A stretch of DNA of 64,000 nucleotides from the human T2T-CHM13v2.0 reference genome, Homo sapiens. Numbering within the stretch: position 1 is the stretch's first letter; every line of letters starts with the position of its first letter. The stretch lies in NCBI RefSeq assembly GCF_009914755.1, contig NC_060926.1; one strand, 5' to 3'. This document shows, one piece after another, positions 12,158 through 26,344 of the stretch. The position numbers were made by a program, and so were the translations under genes. The notes below the pieces were generated by a model. It was given only the letters and a program-made list of their open reading frames with translations, was not told where the DNA came from and did no database searches.

Positions 12158-14624
12158 CGCAAAACATTATTCTTCATAGAATACTTTTACAGAAATGATT
12201 TTATTTCTACTGTTACTTTTCTTGTAGCTGGAGGTTGTTGTTTCTGGTGGTTCAGTAAGGGGCTGGCATAAACTAAGCTGTTGAGTTCAGGGGCACAAAG
12301 AGAAAATGAAGGAACATGGCATAAAACTGAAACGATTTCTTAATTAGCATTCAAGGTTTGCTGTCAAATTAAGCCTGAGAAATATTTATGGTTTTGAAGC
12401 ACTAGAAAAACTTAACCAGAAAGTGTTTCTTTGATCTAGATATCTAGAAAGAAAAAAAAAATTGTATTAATTGTATCTATAACTTAGAAAGTATGCTCAA
12501 CAAAAATACGAGTCTTAAAGTATACGCCTATGTCATCCAGATTTAGTCCCACACTTGGCATGGAATAAGGACCCAATAGATGTTTTTTCTTCTTAGCAGT
12601 AATAGATAATATAAAGAACTTTTGTTCATGCATATTAGATTTCATATCATTTCCAAGAAGAACCTTTTTTAAACTTTTATATATAAGCTATAGAACTCTC
12701 AAGTCAAACCATATTACTGTAAACAAAGTAAATCAGCTTAACCCATTCATATTCCACACTAACAGTTGTCATTGTTCTTTCTTCTAGGGATATCACATTC
12801 CATTCCTTGCTAATTTTCTTCTTTATATTTTTAATCTGATTAATACATTTCCATTTTATTAGGTCTAATAGATAGCTGATCTAATTTGAAGCTTATAAAT
12901 TATACAGTTATATGTGAATTGATTAAAGCATATAACTCTAATAGACTGGCAATCTTTTCAGAGATTAGAAGTGCTGCTTAGTTCCCTTTCTATGGATGAT
13001 TAATTTTCAGTGGTTATCCACTCTCAAAATGAAAATTAAGCAATACATATTTGCTTTGTGGATGACCAGTTTTATTAAAGTAGTAGAGTTGATGCAATTA
13101 ATTATCAATACCCTGTTAAGAAAGCCAAAGGTAAGAACCAGGCAGGTACCTATTGTCAGTGGTAAAATTTAGTTACTGTTGTTAAAAAAAAATAAATAGT
13201 GTCAGAGAGTTCACGATTTATGCAACAATCCAGAATCATGCACAAACGATTCCTAGAGTTCCTAGTTTTTACATATTTTAAGGAAAATTGGTTTATATCA
13301 ATATCACTTTAAAGTGACTTTAAAATGATAAATATTTCATTTGACTGAACAAAATTTTTTTGTCTACATTGGTACTCAGAGGCTGCTTCTTTGGTGCTGA
13401 CCTCTGCTCAGGACAAGAGAAAATTGTCTACTAAGTCCAAACATTTAGCCATTATGCTTTCTTGGACATCATTTCCGAACAAAGTAATGCAATTAGTGCT
13501 CTGACAACTAAGAATTAAGAGTGGGCACTTGAGCTTTCATTCTTGGGTTCTAGAAATTCTGGGAACCAGAGATTCTGTGACAGCCTCCTATCAAGAAAGC
13601 TACTTTATAAGCTGCAGTCTGGCCTTTCCTGGTGGTGCTTCTCAGAGGAGTAATCGGTCCAGATAGGTCATCTTGAGAGGTTCCCTATTTCAATGTGGAA
13701 CTCCTTCTGTCATACTGCCATTCATGATATCATTAATTAAAATTATGGATAAAATGTAAGATTTGTGCTGTTTGTGTGTGTGTGGAGGGTTTGAGGGCAT
13801 ATTGTTGAGGTTACCGATCACTTATATTTCAAGGCAATGGGATTGGATCTTATCTTTTGTGACTGCTGGCTGAGGGTATGACCCTGGGTAGAGCTTGGAA
13901 AACAAAAAAGATGTAACCAAAAGGAGATCATCTGGGACCTTGAGAGCCTGAGGAGGATGTGGGAGGATCCTGAGTGCCAGGAAGTCCTGAGTCTCGGGCT
14001 TCCAGAAGTAAAGGATGCAATGACAAAGAAAAACGCTGCAAAGCTACAATCCACCCCTTCATTCCTGCTTATGACAAACATAAATGTGCTCATAAATTTT
14101 GACAATGGCTGAAAAATCTATCTACAGTCTCCCAAACAAACCAAGATTCAGCTCTCAAAATTATGCCCAATTTTAGTATCATTAATATATCAGCATAGTA
14201 ATTCTCCAAAAAGCAAATAATGGTAACTTATTATTTCTCCTTCTTATAATATTCACCATTTTCTTTGGAAACAAATGCTCCAATGAGCAAACATACAAAG
14301 AATGTGCATCCTCTGCTATCCAGGCTCACACTTGAGCCCAGCCACTCTTTATAGCCCCAGCCAGGGGCCTGCTACATTGGGCAACTTACAGTATTTCATA
14401 CTTTTTATTGTGTTGGTACATGCTATTTTCAAGAAGTTCTAACCACCTCTCTTCTGCCTTGAAAAGTCCTATTTTCCTCTTAAGTGCAGTTTAAATGTCA
14501 AATGTTCTCTGAATATTTCTGTCCCCTCCCACAAGCAGCCTTAGTCTCCAGGTGATGGGTCACTAATGACTTAGACTCTAAGATTGGCCGAGGCCCTGCC
14601 CTCAGCTGGCTCCATTAAGAACAT

Positions 14625-14830
14625 CCCTTGGGTACTTACTGTTTGGCAGATACTACACAGAGAGCTTTAAATGTACTGTTTTATTTAATATTCCCATCAA
14701 AATTATTATTAAAATCCCATTTCACGAGTCAGAAAACGAAGGCTCAATAGTTCACAGAAAATGCCCATGGTCACAAAATTTATAAGAGGTTAAACCCAGG
14801 TAGCCTAATTCCAAAGGCTATGCATGTCAT
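14625..14830 (-). mobile_element. MIR SINE fragment
   Basis: Degenerate core ATCCCATTTCAC...GAAAACGAAGGCTCA...CCCATGGTCACA. Confidence 0.65.
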
Positions 14831-15149
14831 TGACATATATCACTGTCTCTGATGCTCTGAGAAAACACACATAAACTAAGGTTTATTAAAAGGTTTCTGA
14901 AAAAAGAAACAGATATTTTAGTCCATCCTAAACCTCAAAGAAGATGAAATATGATTCGATGTGAGAAGGTAGCTATAAGACCTTGGAAGATGAATCAGAC
15001 AAGGATAAAAAGTAAAATATTTTAATAGCCAACACACTGGGCAGTGGTTATAAATAAAATATGTTTTTAAAAAGTGACCAGATATGCATTTAAGAATCCA
15101 ATGTATCTTTATAATTCTTTGTAGATTTATTAATATAGTAAATACAGTT

Positions 15150-15400
15150 ACCCTCTATCAAACATCTATTATAACTGGGCATTGTTCTTAGTTTTATACA
15201 TATTTTATCTTAAATAATACTTGTAATGATACTGTAAGATAGTTACTATTCTCTTCCCCTCCCCCAGTTCCTATTGGGGAAAATTAGTAAGACAGAAATT
15301 GGATGACTGGTTCAAGGTTACATGAGAAATAAATGGAGCAAGAATTTGAATTCAGCCAGTGGGCTTCAAGAGTCCATATTTGAGAGTATGATATCTATGC
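15150..15400 (-). mobile_element. MIR SINE fragment
   Basis: GATGACTGGTTCAAGGTTACA...GAATTTGAATTCAG. Confidence 0.6.
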
Positions 15401-17186
15401 TACGAGACCCATATTACATCTCATACATATGGCACACTTCTTAAATATATTGCTAGGGCATATTTCTTATCTTGAATCATGCTCAGTCTGCCTCAACAAA
15501 TACTTCTATCATTTCCATGGATCCCCAGTGTAGAGAATGCCTTGAAATACTGTTAAATATTTGTACTGGGTGTCCCAGATTTTTTTGACTCAAGAAGTCT
15601 GGCATAAAATCAGGTAACTAATTTTTCAAGTAGAGTGTAGTTTTATCAGGTATCATTTCAGTCTTGATAATAAACAATATTAACAAATATTCTTATCTGG
15701 ACTTTCCATTAATAGAGATTTCAAAGTCCAAAATATAATTGTGATAGGCAGAATAATTGACACCAAAAAGATGTCTACAGGGCTCGTTATTCAGTATAGA
15801 CTTTTCCTTAATCTCCTCATTTTCTTATTGACATCTTACCTTCTTGTTTGTCTGATGCCCCAAAATCTCTTATTTTGGTTTAACCTCTCCAGAGAGTTAG
15901 CCTCCAGGCTCTGTTGGGTTGGGGAACACAATTGCCAAGTTGTGAGAGGTGAGAAAAGAAATGTGGGTGTGGAGGGAGGAAGAAAGGTAGAGAGAGAGAA
16001 ATACCGCTTTAAGCCCTTATTAGGCAATAGCCCAAAAGTAATTAAGACAAAGGGAATCCTTAAATTGTAGTATGATAGAAATTTGTATATTATAAAATTA
16101 GAAATAGAGATAGAGTTATTGAAAAATAGTTGATTAAAAAACAATAAACTTGAAATGACTATAGACGGGAAAACTGAAAGTTTTCCTGGGAGATGAAGAT
16201 AAGCATTTTGATTTTACTAGAACAATGTTCTTATCTGTATAAGCCACAAAATCAGAATTTAAAGTATCAGAAACCTGAATAGCAAAATATGTTTTGGGGG
16301 TGAGGAAGATGCATTGAGTGTTAGAAGTATCTCTGTCTTTTGCTAAAACACTGTCACATAAGTGAACAAAACAAATACTTTCTGAGGAGAAAACATACAC
16401 ACATGGAAAAAAACAAAAACAAACAAAAAAACAAACAAAAATCCTGTAATTTATGCTCCCTGAAGCCTGTAGGGGGGAAGCAGCGACAGTGAAACCAGTA
16501 CCCTTATCTCTGGTGTCACTGCAATTCTGAGAGTTTGCCACTTACTGTCCAGTCTCAGAGATCACCAATGATGTTTCTAGTCAGCCTGACTTCTCAGTTG
16601 ATTCTTGTTCTAGATATATCCCGATATATTTTTACTTCAATTAGAAATGTCCCTAAGCCTCAAAATAGCATAAAATTTAGGCAAATTCTGTAAGAACTTG
16701 AGATATTCATTCTGTTGACATGTACCTTTTATGAACCAAATATCAAGACTGTGCAAAATTACCAAAACAAATGAATGCTAGCAAAGACTTAACTGTACTA
16801 TTGGTTACTTTATTTCATATTGTAACACAAGCTGTGTTAAACAAGATTTTTACTTTTATTTAGATGATGAATGGTTTTAGTGTAGCATTTTGCCTTTTTC
16901 TTTAAAAGTATGAGTACCAGACCAAAGTATTAAATTCACATTTAATTAACTGTGCAGTTCTAGAGACTACTAACATACAGAGGCCTTTTAATCAGCAGGT
17001 ACAGTGCACAAAAGTTATTAAAGTTTGAACTGTGTTGCACAGCATGAATGTTTCAGGTACTGGTTTAGATTTAAAACACATTAGTGAAAAAAGGATCCAG
17101 GGTCATGAGATATAGACTTAAGTCTCTGGTCTGTTGTTACTTAGTTGTGAAACTTTGGCCCTCTTATTCAAACTCTTTTCTCATTT

Positions 17187-17811
17187 TGTCAGAGGTATTT
17201 CAACAACAGCAACTTCACCTTGAATAGGGGCTGGGTAAAATAAGGCTGAGACCTACTGGGCTGCATTCCCAGGAGGTTACAGATTCTAAGTCACAGGATG
17301 AGATAGAAGGCTGGCACAAGGTGCAGGTCACAAAGACCTTGCTAATAAAACAGGATGTGGTAAAGAAACAGGCCAAAACCCACCAAAACCAAGATAGCGC
17401 TGAGAGTAACTTCTGTTCGTCCTCCCTGCTCATTATATGCTAATTATATATGCTAAAAGACACTCTCACCAGCACCAAGACATTTTATGGATGCCATGGC
17501 AACGTCGGCAAGTTACCCTATATGGTCTAAAAAGGGGAGGACCCTTCAGTTCCGGGAATGGCCCACCCCTTTCCCGGAAAACTCATGAATAATCCACCCC
17601 TTGTGTAGCATATAATCAATAAATAGCCATAAAAATAGTAAACCAGCAGCCCTCAGGGCTGCTTTACCTATGGAGTAGCCATTCTTTTATTCCTTTACTT
17701 TCTTAATTAACTTGCTTTCACTTTACTCTATGGACTCGCCCTGAATTCTTTCTTGCACAAGATTCGAGAACCCTCTCTTGGGATCTGAATTGGGACCCCT
17801 TTCTGGTAACA
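17187..17811 (+). mobile_element. MER41B (ERV1) solo LTR
   Basis: TGTCAGAGG start, TTGAATAGGGGCTGGGTAAAATAAGGCTGAGACCTACTGGGCTGCATTCCCAG, ends GGTAACA; 625 bp; 4-bp TSD ATTT/ACTT. Confidence 0.93.
17550..17579. promoter_or_regulatory. Tandem GAS (STAT1) motifs TTCCGGGAA and TTCCCGGAA inside MER41B
   Basis: Two exact TTCNNNGAA sites at 17550-17558 and 17571-17579, both with CpG intact; activity not shown. Confidence 0.7.
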
Positions 17812-18709
17812 ACTTCTGGAAAGGAATGAGGAAAGATAGATCAAAAGGGATTTAGAAAGAAATTCTAAAACTCTGCACTACTGCTTCTAAAGACATGTGA
17901 AGGGACTGAGATTGTCATCCTACTTGAAAAAAAAAGTCAAGTACACATATGCAGCAATGGTGATGGTGAAGTCACAGGTAGGTGAGGAATCACTAGTGTG
18001 AAGTGGGAGGCAGGAAGCCCTGCCTGTGTGGGGAAAGAGAGCAAGATCAGATATAGAAGTGAGACAACGAGAGATCTTGAAAGTCATGGAGAAGAGCTTA
18101 TTCCTGAAAAGTTGGCAACTAGGAACCCTTATCCTGACCCAACATATGCTGTAAGCCAAGGTAAATTACTATATTGAGGACACTGGGTAATAAATTCATA
18201 CAAAATAAATATTATTTAAGAAATGTTAACAATACAGATTTTCTTTTTCATTATTATAGTTTCTGTCAGACCTTAGAAAGTAAGCTCCTTAATTCCTGGC
18301 AATTAATTTCTCTAAAATTTTTAATCTCATATCTTCATAATTAATAAAAGATACCAAGTAATTCAAGAGAAAAATATATGTGTTATATATATTATATTAA
18401 AATTGTTTTGTGCTTTTTATATATACACTATATATACACTATATATATATATATATATATACAGACACATGCACATTCTGCTTTGCCAGTCTATCAAACA
18501 GGTACCATATTTATCCCACTTCTTACCATCCACCAAATATTCCTTCCTCATTTACTAACTATGTAAGTGTTAGCTTTCTAATAACCACTGAAAAGATGGC
18601 AATACAATATAGATGAGAGTCTCTGTCCCTGGTGTGTTTTTGTTTCAGCTGGGAAGCAAGACCCCTTCATTAAAATACACCTGACAATGCCAGTCTGTGA
18701 GTGACAAAA

Positions 18710-18950
18710 GACAGAGCCACCATCCGTGCAGTGGTTCAGAGCAGAGCTACAGACCCAAATCTGGACACCTCCACACATTAGGGATGTGGCCTTGGATAAG
18801 TAACTCAACTGCTGTGTGCCTCTATTGTTTCTTCCTTTTCTCATCTTTTCTAGTATAGGTTTCTTCTGAGGTTTAAATGAACTGACATATGTAACGTGCT
18901 TACTACACCACCTGGCAAACAGTAAGCCCTCTGTATTAGATATTATTCTT
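18710..18950 (+). mobile_element. MIR SINE
   Basis: TGTGGCCTTGGATAAGTAACTCAAC...GTGCCTC core and GTGCTTACTACACCACCTGGCA tail. Confidence 0.7.
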
Positions 18951-19289
18951 ATAGGAATCAGGAGGAGAGATAGATTACCACATGCTGACCAGAACAGGTC
19001 AGCTTCTGTTACTTTTCTCTTTAAAAGTCTTCCTTTTTTCTATAAATTGCTTTTGAAACCCTGAGCTCCAAATATACCAGATGCCTCTTCATATACACAC
19101 TGCACGCAGGCACACACGCAGGCACGATCTACCACATTTCACAGGCTATGTACTTTGGATGCCAGCTCAACCACATCTGCCGACTTCTGCTAACTCCTCC
19201 TCCTTTGTGAAGCCTTCCCAATTATTCCAGGTGGAATTATTTAATTCCCCTGTATTTCTAAAGGTCTTTCTTATTCTATGTCGCTTCTC

Positions 19290-19470
19290 AGCTATGTGAC
19301 TCTTGGTAAAACACTTACTTAACCCTATCTGTATTTCCGTATCCTTATTAGTAAAATGAAAAAACACCTAATCCTATTAGGCTTTTGTGAGCACTGATAT
19401 ATGAAAAATGCTCATGAAAGTGCCTGGTATATAGTGGAGCTCAGTAAATGTAGCATTGTTTTTAGTAGTG
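19290..19470 (+). mobile_element. MIR SINE
   Basis: GCTATGTGACTCTTGG...TTACTTAACCCTATCTG...GTAAAATG. Confidence 0.7.
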
Positions 19471-19899
19471 TTAAAACATGTACATGCTATGTTATAATTA
19501 TGTTTTTTTTCTTTTCTTCTCACTAGAGCGTATATTATTGGCATGCATGGAAGGGAACACATCTAGTTCTTCTCCTCTTTGTATCTTCAGCACCAGAGAT
19601 AATGCCTAGAACATGCAAGGACCAAATAAATATAAGATAGTTAATTCATTTTATACCACCAGCACTGTGTATAATACAGAATAAGTCGTCAAATATGCTT
19701 TCAGAAAAGAACTTGAATGAGAACTTTTGCCAATCTATGATTTGAGCATGTCCATTCACGTTCATTCTCCACAATCATTTTGAGTATTTCATGAGAAAAA
19801 GAAAAGTTTGTTTCAGTTGATCTAGGAAGTAGCAAAATTATCATCACAATACATCATAAAGAGTCAAAAATACAGGTTATTTTCCAAAGGGACAACCTT

Positions 19900-22050
19900 A
19901 GTATAATAATAAAAGAACGTACAACTAGTGAGATCATGGGAAAATTGTAGAAGTGTGTGTGTGTGTTACAAAAGAAGAAGTGAGGAAATAAATAAATAAA
20001 TAGGAAAATAGGAGATGGGTAGTAAAAATAGCAACTAAATGATAATAATTGGAAGATATGTATTCATTAACACATTAAAAGTAATAGTTTCAATGCTCAA
20101 TGAAAGATAAATGTTGCCAGAATGGATTAATAAAACAAACCATATTAAACGTTGTTTACAAAAGATACAGCTTATATGTAAATATATACAAGCTAAAAAT
20201 AAAAGAATCGAAGTAGGCATAAACAAAAAGAAAGCTGATTTATCTAGATTCATATCTGTCACAATAGACGTTAAGGTAAGAAGCACTGTCAGAGATTTAT
20301 GAAAAGGCTATTTTATAGTAATAAAATAATTCACTCACCAAGAAAATATTGGAATTCTAAATATTATATACTTAGCTTCAAATGTAAACACAAAACTTAC
20401 AAAACTAAGAGATGGAGTAGAAAAATCCACAATCGTAGTGGAGAATTCTAACCCACTTATTTTAGAAGCTTACAGAACAAGCAGACAAAACACCAGTAAA
20501 TTCTAAATGATCTGAACAACTTGAATTCCAAATGAAACCTAATCAATATACATAATTTGCAAGAAAGAGAGAGAAAACATTGCACCCACTACAAGAAAAT
20601 ATATAGTCTACTTAGTACAATTAAACATTTGCCAAAATTAGTGTTGTCCTGGGACACAACATAGTTTCAACAAATATCAAAGGATTGAATCAGTCAGAAT
20701 ATGTTCTCTCACACTATGTAATTAAGCTAGAAATCAATAATGAAATGGTAAGTAGAAGCCTCCAAATGTTGGAAATTAAGCAATACAGTTCAAAACAATG
20801 TCTAGATCAAAGAAGGAATCAAAATGAAAATTAGAAAATATTTAAAACTAACTCAAATAGCAGAACACATCAAAACTCTGAGCTGGGAAAAACTGCATTT
20901 GAGCCTGCATTTGACCTACACATTGAAGACCATCCGTTTCTGTGCATTGTCCAGGAGGTGTGGGGACAAAGCAACTGTGGTGTGAAAAGACTTCTTAGAG
21001 GAAGAGGGCTTGGAATAGAGGGATGCAACTAAATGTTTGCCTAAAAGGAACCTTATGGTTATAAATACATCTATTAGAAAAGCAGAAAAGAGAGGCATCA
21101 GTGCTCTAACAGTCCATCTTATAATAGTGAATAATGTTCAAAGAAAGTAGAAAGAAGGAAATAACAAATATGGGAAAAGAAATTAATGAAATGGTAAAAT
21201 ACTGTATAACAGTAAATTAACACACCCAAAGGCCAGTATCAGAAACAAAAACAGGGATAGGATGTTACTACTTCTCCTTCAAATTAAAGAATACATACAT
21301 ACATGGAAAAACTTTTAACACGTTCATGGTTTGGAAGACTTGATATTGTTAAGATGTGAATACTCCTCAGTTTTAGCCATAGATTTTGTGCCATTCCAAT
21401 CAAAGTCTCTGCAGGAGTCTGTATGTCAGTGTGTGGAAATTTGCAGGCTAATTCTAAAATTTATGTAAATATGTAAAGGATCTAGAAGAGCCAAACAATA
21501 GTGAAAAAGAACCATGATAGATCTACAACTCAGTAATAAAAAAGACAAATAAAAATGGGCAAAAGACATAAACTTATATACAAAATACAATGTATAGATG
21601 GCCAAGAAATATATTTAAAAGATGTTCAATGTCATTTGTCCTTAAGGAAATGTAAAATAACATACCAATAGATGTCAAATAAATATATTATACTAAGTTA
21701 AATCAATAGGTGAATAAACAAATTATTCTATACTCAGATAATGGAATACTACTCAATAATAAAAAATACAAACAATGTATACACTACATAAATGAATATC
21801 AAAAATATTAGGTTATATTAAAGAAACCTCTGAACAAGCAAAACTATGAACTCAGAAGGATATCTGCCTGTAGGAAGGAGTGAGGTATTACTGAGAAAAA
21901 AAAGTGTAAGGAAAGGTATTGGAATGATGGGTTATTTTTTCTTTTAAATGGGATAATGGGTACACAGACATATACATTTATTCCAAGTCATTGAGATGCA
22001 GACTTAAAATCTGGCCTACTATACTGTGTATATTACACCTTTAAAAAGAT
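19900..22050 (+). mobile_element. L1ME-type element: ORF2 fragments with large internal deletions, plus 3' end
   Basis: EN-like ORF 20111..20302; GGAAGACTTGATATTGTTAAGATG; 3' motifs ATGGAATACTACTCAATAATAAAAA. Confidence 0.8.
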
Positions 22051-22060
22051 AATGTGAGTA

Positions 22061-22643
22061 TAAAGAAATCAAAGTATTTTACCCCAAAATATATTTCTTT
22101 GACATATTTTGAGATGCCTGTTAGGAGAGCCAGAAAACAGAAGTAGGCTGGCAAAACTGTCTTTCGAGGGGGAGATTTGCACCTGCAGAGAATATGCACT
22201 GATACAGCCAGGCTTTCCCTTGTCCCCACCTAGAAAAGATTAACTCAGAGTCTATCTTTAAAGGTTTTTTTTTTTTTAATGTTTACCATCCATTCTTGCT
22301 GAGGGCTGCTATCTGTGAAGTTTCATTTATATAAGGAGACCACCTTTGCTAGACAGGCTTCTTCTTCTCTTCCTCCCATAATCAATCTTGTCGCCATAAC
22401 CTGATTTACCATCATAACCTGTTTTGGGCCATGCTCTGAGCCCCCATTATTTCTGTAACCTCAGGATGTATGTAAGCTTCTGCACTCCAGTGTGGGCTTG
22501 AGTAGTTGAGTAATCACTGTGATTCTCCTGTGTATACATTAATAAATGTGTATGGCTTTTCTCCAATTAATCTGTTTTTTGTGAGTTGAGTTTTCAACAA
22601 ACCTTCAGAGGGCAAGGGGGAAGTTTTCCCCTCGGTCCTTACA
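22061..22643 (+). mobile_element. MER34-family (ERV1) solo LTR
   Basis: TTTTACCCCAAAATATATTTCTTTGACATATTTT start, AACCTTCAGAGGGCAAGGGGGAAGTTTTCCC...TACA end; 4-bp TSD AGTA at 22057-22060 and 22644-22647. Confidence 0.88.
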
Positions 22644-22647
22644 AGTA

Positions 22648-22978
22648 TTTGATAGACAACTTTTGCTTATAAATGCCAAACTTCAGATAGCAAACTTTTG
22701 GAAAAACAGCTCATCACAGCTAATTCAAGAAGAAAAGGACTATATGAATAGTCTTACATACATTAAAGAGATAGAATCTATAATTTAAAACTCTTCCACA
22801 AAGTATTCGCCAGATCCTTGTGACTTCATACTTCAAGTTCTCTGAATATTTAAGGAAGAAACCTCAACAATATGGTGCAAACTCTTACTGAAAAGGTAAA
22901 TAGAATTAAAAATTTCTAATCTAATGTTAGAGAATCATCATAATCTTGATCACAAAACTTGACATTGCTAGAAAGAAA
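22648..22978 (+). mobile_element. Old L1 ORF2 piece C (pre-RT Z region)
   Basis: AATTCAAGAAGAAAAGG...TGAATAGTC; ATCATAATCTTGATCACAAAACTTGACATTGCTAGAAAG. Confidence 0.75.
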
Positions 22979-23772
22979 TATTGAATATATGAATTCAAAT
23001 ATCTTTTCTTAATCCATGGATTGCATGTTTTAATGAACAGATGTTCTTGATTTTATAGTAGTCAAATATTTTATGGGTCACTGCTTTTTGTGTCTTATTT
23101 AAAGAATTTGCTTTGGAAATAGTGACACTTGAATTTTTTCTATTTGTTTTGATTTATAGAAAGAATTGATTTTATATAGTAATTACAAAAAGTGAGCTTG
23201 TCAAATTCAACTCGTAATTTTAATCGTGTGATTAGATTATTTTAGATTTCCATATGTGCTCTTTTATATTGCAGATTAATGGTTATTTTTATTAATTTTT
23301 CTTCCAAATATTATATCTTTCAGGTTTTCATGCCCCATTGCACTGGGTAATACCTCCAGCACAATATTGAATAAAAATGGAGATACTGGCCTCCTTGTTT
23401 TATTCCCAATCTTAGAAAAAAGCATTTCGTTTTTTTACTCCAGGCTTTTTTGTAGACTCTGCTCCATCACACCAAATTTTTTTTTCCTTTATTCTCAGTT
23501 GCTAAGAGTTTTTTTTATTATTAATTATGAATACATGTTAAATTTTAACAAGAGCTTTTCAGAATCTATTGAGATAATCATGAGTTTCCCCATTTCCTGA
23601 TAATGGGATGAAGCTTGGAGACTTTCAAATATTGAAACAACCTTGCATGCCTGGAATACAGACAACTTTGTCATCATACATTAACTTTTTATACATTACT
23701 AGATTATCTTCCTTAGCTTTCTGTGATTTATTTTCATCTATATGGATCACATAGATTGGCTTATCCTTTCTT
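22979..23772 (-). mobile_element. Old L1 ORF2 piece B (RT region with deletions), inverted
   Basis: Antisense ORF2 (ACCTCCAGCACAATATTGAATA; GAATCTATTGAGATAATCATG). Confidence 0.8.
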
Positions 23773-23873
23773 GAAAAAATCTGGTGTCTGGATCAAAATA
23801 TAGAGATGAGACCATTGACCATGAGGACCTCACAATATATAATTGTGCCCTGCTTCGCCTGTGAATCTACCCC
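23770..23873. repeat. Left arm of a ~105-bp diverged inverted repeat (partner 26468-26573)
   Basis: Manual alignment: first 25 nt identical (CTTGAAAAAATCTGGTGTCTGGATC), ~65/79 identical over the first ~80 aligned positions. Confidence 0.9.
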
Positions 23874-24506
23874 AAAGCCCACCTGGATATTCAGTGTTCT
23901 CTCTGTTGGTTTCTGTGTGCCCTATTATTCTTACTACTGGAAGAAAAGACTTTTTTTCTTGGTTGTGGAGGAAAAAGACAATATATTCCAACTACATTTT
24001 CGATTTATTTGAGGTAGGATAGTGTTTATTATTAAAATTAGGCTTTTTTCAGCAAACTTTGATTCAACATGTTTATATCTATGAAGTTATTTAACATCTT
24101 ATCCCAAAATATTTTTATAGCTGTTTAATAAAAAAGGTCTTACTGCACTGACTGTGACTCCAGACTTCACAACAATCTCTATGTAATCCTGGAATTACTT
24201 TAATTATGAGCTCTTTCAGACATGATGGATTGCATATTCTGGAGGAATGGCAGATGGTATTGAAAAATCATCCTTCTTTTATACTCACTATATTTCTAAG
24301 ACCTGGTTCAATACAGCTAAGTCTCTTAATACAGCTCTTGCTCTCTCTGTCATCTATATATGTATATTATATATACATACATGTATAAACTTTTATTGAA
24401 AAAGAAGATACATGAAGAGCTCACCAATCACAAATGTACAGATCATAGAATTTCAAGAAGTGAACTCACTCATGAACCACCACCCACATCAAAAAGTACA
24501 ATATTG

Positions 24507-24799
24507 GGCCCGGCCTGGTTGCTCATGCCTGTAATTCCAGCTCTTTGGGAGGCTGAGGCAGATGGATCACCTGAGGTCGGAAATTCGAGATCAGCCTGGC
24601 TAACATGGTGAAACCCCATCTCTACTAAAAATACAAAATTAGCTTGGTGTGGTGGTGCACGCCTGTAATACAGCTACTTGGGAGGCTGAGGCAGAAGAAT
24701 CACTTGAACCCAGGAGGCAGAGGTTGCAGTGAGCCAGGATTGTGCCACTGCACTCCAGCCTGGGCAACAGAGTGAGACTCCATCTCAAAAAAAAATAAA

Positions 24800-24800
<1 letters not shown>
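24507..24800 (+). mobile_element. AluSx-like SINE
   Basis: Full dimer with GATCACCTGAGGTC; tail runs into a microsatellite; AATATTG repeated on both flanks. Confidence 0.95.
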
Positions 24801-24854
<54 letters not shown>

Positions 24855-24898
24855 CATGTGTATATATATATATACGTGTATATATATATATATATATA
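24800..24898. repeat. Compound (TA)n(CA)n(TA)n microsatellite
   Basis: ~100 bp of alternating purine-pyrimidine sequence. Confidence 0.95.
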
Positions 24899-25290
24899 AA
24901 TAATATTGTCAGCAACCTAGAAGCCAACCATGTGCTTCCTTCCAGTCACTGCCCTCTCCGAAGCTCCTCATTATCTTAAATTATATCACCCTCAGTTGAT
25001 TTTGCCCATTTTGACATCTACAGAAATGAAAGCCTTCCTACTGTCAACATCATATATTTGAAATTCATCTATGTTGCATAACATGGTTGTTTATTCTCAT
25101 GGACTACTTATCAATTTTATGAACCTGCCACAATTTATCCATTCTACTGTTGAGGAAAATGTGGGTCATTTTCTGTATTTAACTATTAGGAATAGTGCCG
25201 CTATACTCTGACACATGTCTACTAGTGCCCAAATGTACACTTTTTTTTTAAATATCATTTTTATTTGACAATGCTTTCCATGTAATTTAA

Positions 25291-25665
<375 letters not shown>

Positions 25666-25837
25666 TTATTTTTATTATTTTTGAGACAGGGTCTCACTAT
25701 GTTGCTCAGGCTGGAGTGCAGTGGTATGATCATGGCTCACTGTAGCCTCAACCTCCTGGGCTCAAGTGATCGTCCAACCTCAGTCTCCTGAGTAGCTGTG
25801 ATTACAGGCATTCACCGCCATACTTGGCTAATTTTTT
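25666..25837 (-). mobile_element. AluJ right arm only (inside the transduced block)
   Basis: GAGACAGGGTCTCAC...CTCCTGGGCTCAAGTGAT; stops at the central A-rich linker, where the L1PA tail begins. Confidence 0.9.
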
Positions 25838-26036
25838 ATTTTTTTATTTTTTTATTTTTTTGTATTTATTTATGTTTTATTATACTTTCTGTTTTAGGGT
25901 ACATGTGCACAAAGTGCAGGTTAGTTACATATGTATACATGTGCCATGTTGGTGTGCTGCACCCATTATCTCATCATTTAACATTAGGTATATCTCCTAA
26001 TGCTATGCCTCCCCCTCCCCCCACCCCACAACAGGC
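25838..26036 (-). mobile_element. Heavily 5'-truncated L1PA (L1PA3/4-like) 3' UTR end
   Basis: TTAGGGTACATGTGCAC...CATTAGGTATATCTCCTAATGCTAT...CCCCACAACAGGCCC. Confidence 0.95.
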
Positions 26037-26341
26037 CCAAATGTACACATTCCTGTTGGGTACATATCTAGGAACAGAATTGCTGGATTATAAGGTAAAC
26101 TTATGTTAAGCTTTAATAAATGCTATCAAAAATTTTTCTATAGCAGTTTATACATTTATATTCCCACCAGCATTGAATGTTTTAGTTGCTTCATATCTTC
26201 TGCAGCCCTTGATATGTCTAAGTTTTTGAATCTATAGTCGTTGTGATTTATGCATAGTATCAAATAATTATGATGTTAATTTGCATTTATGTGATGAATA
26301 AGAAGGCTGTGCACCTTCTCACGTGTTTATTGGGCCATTTG

Positions 26342-26344
<3 letters not shown>

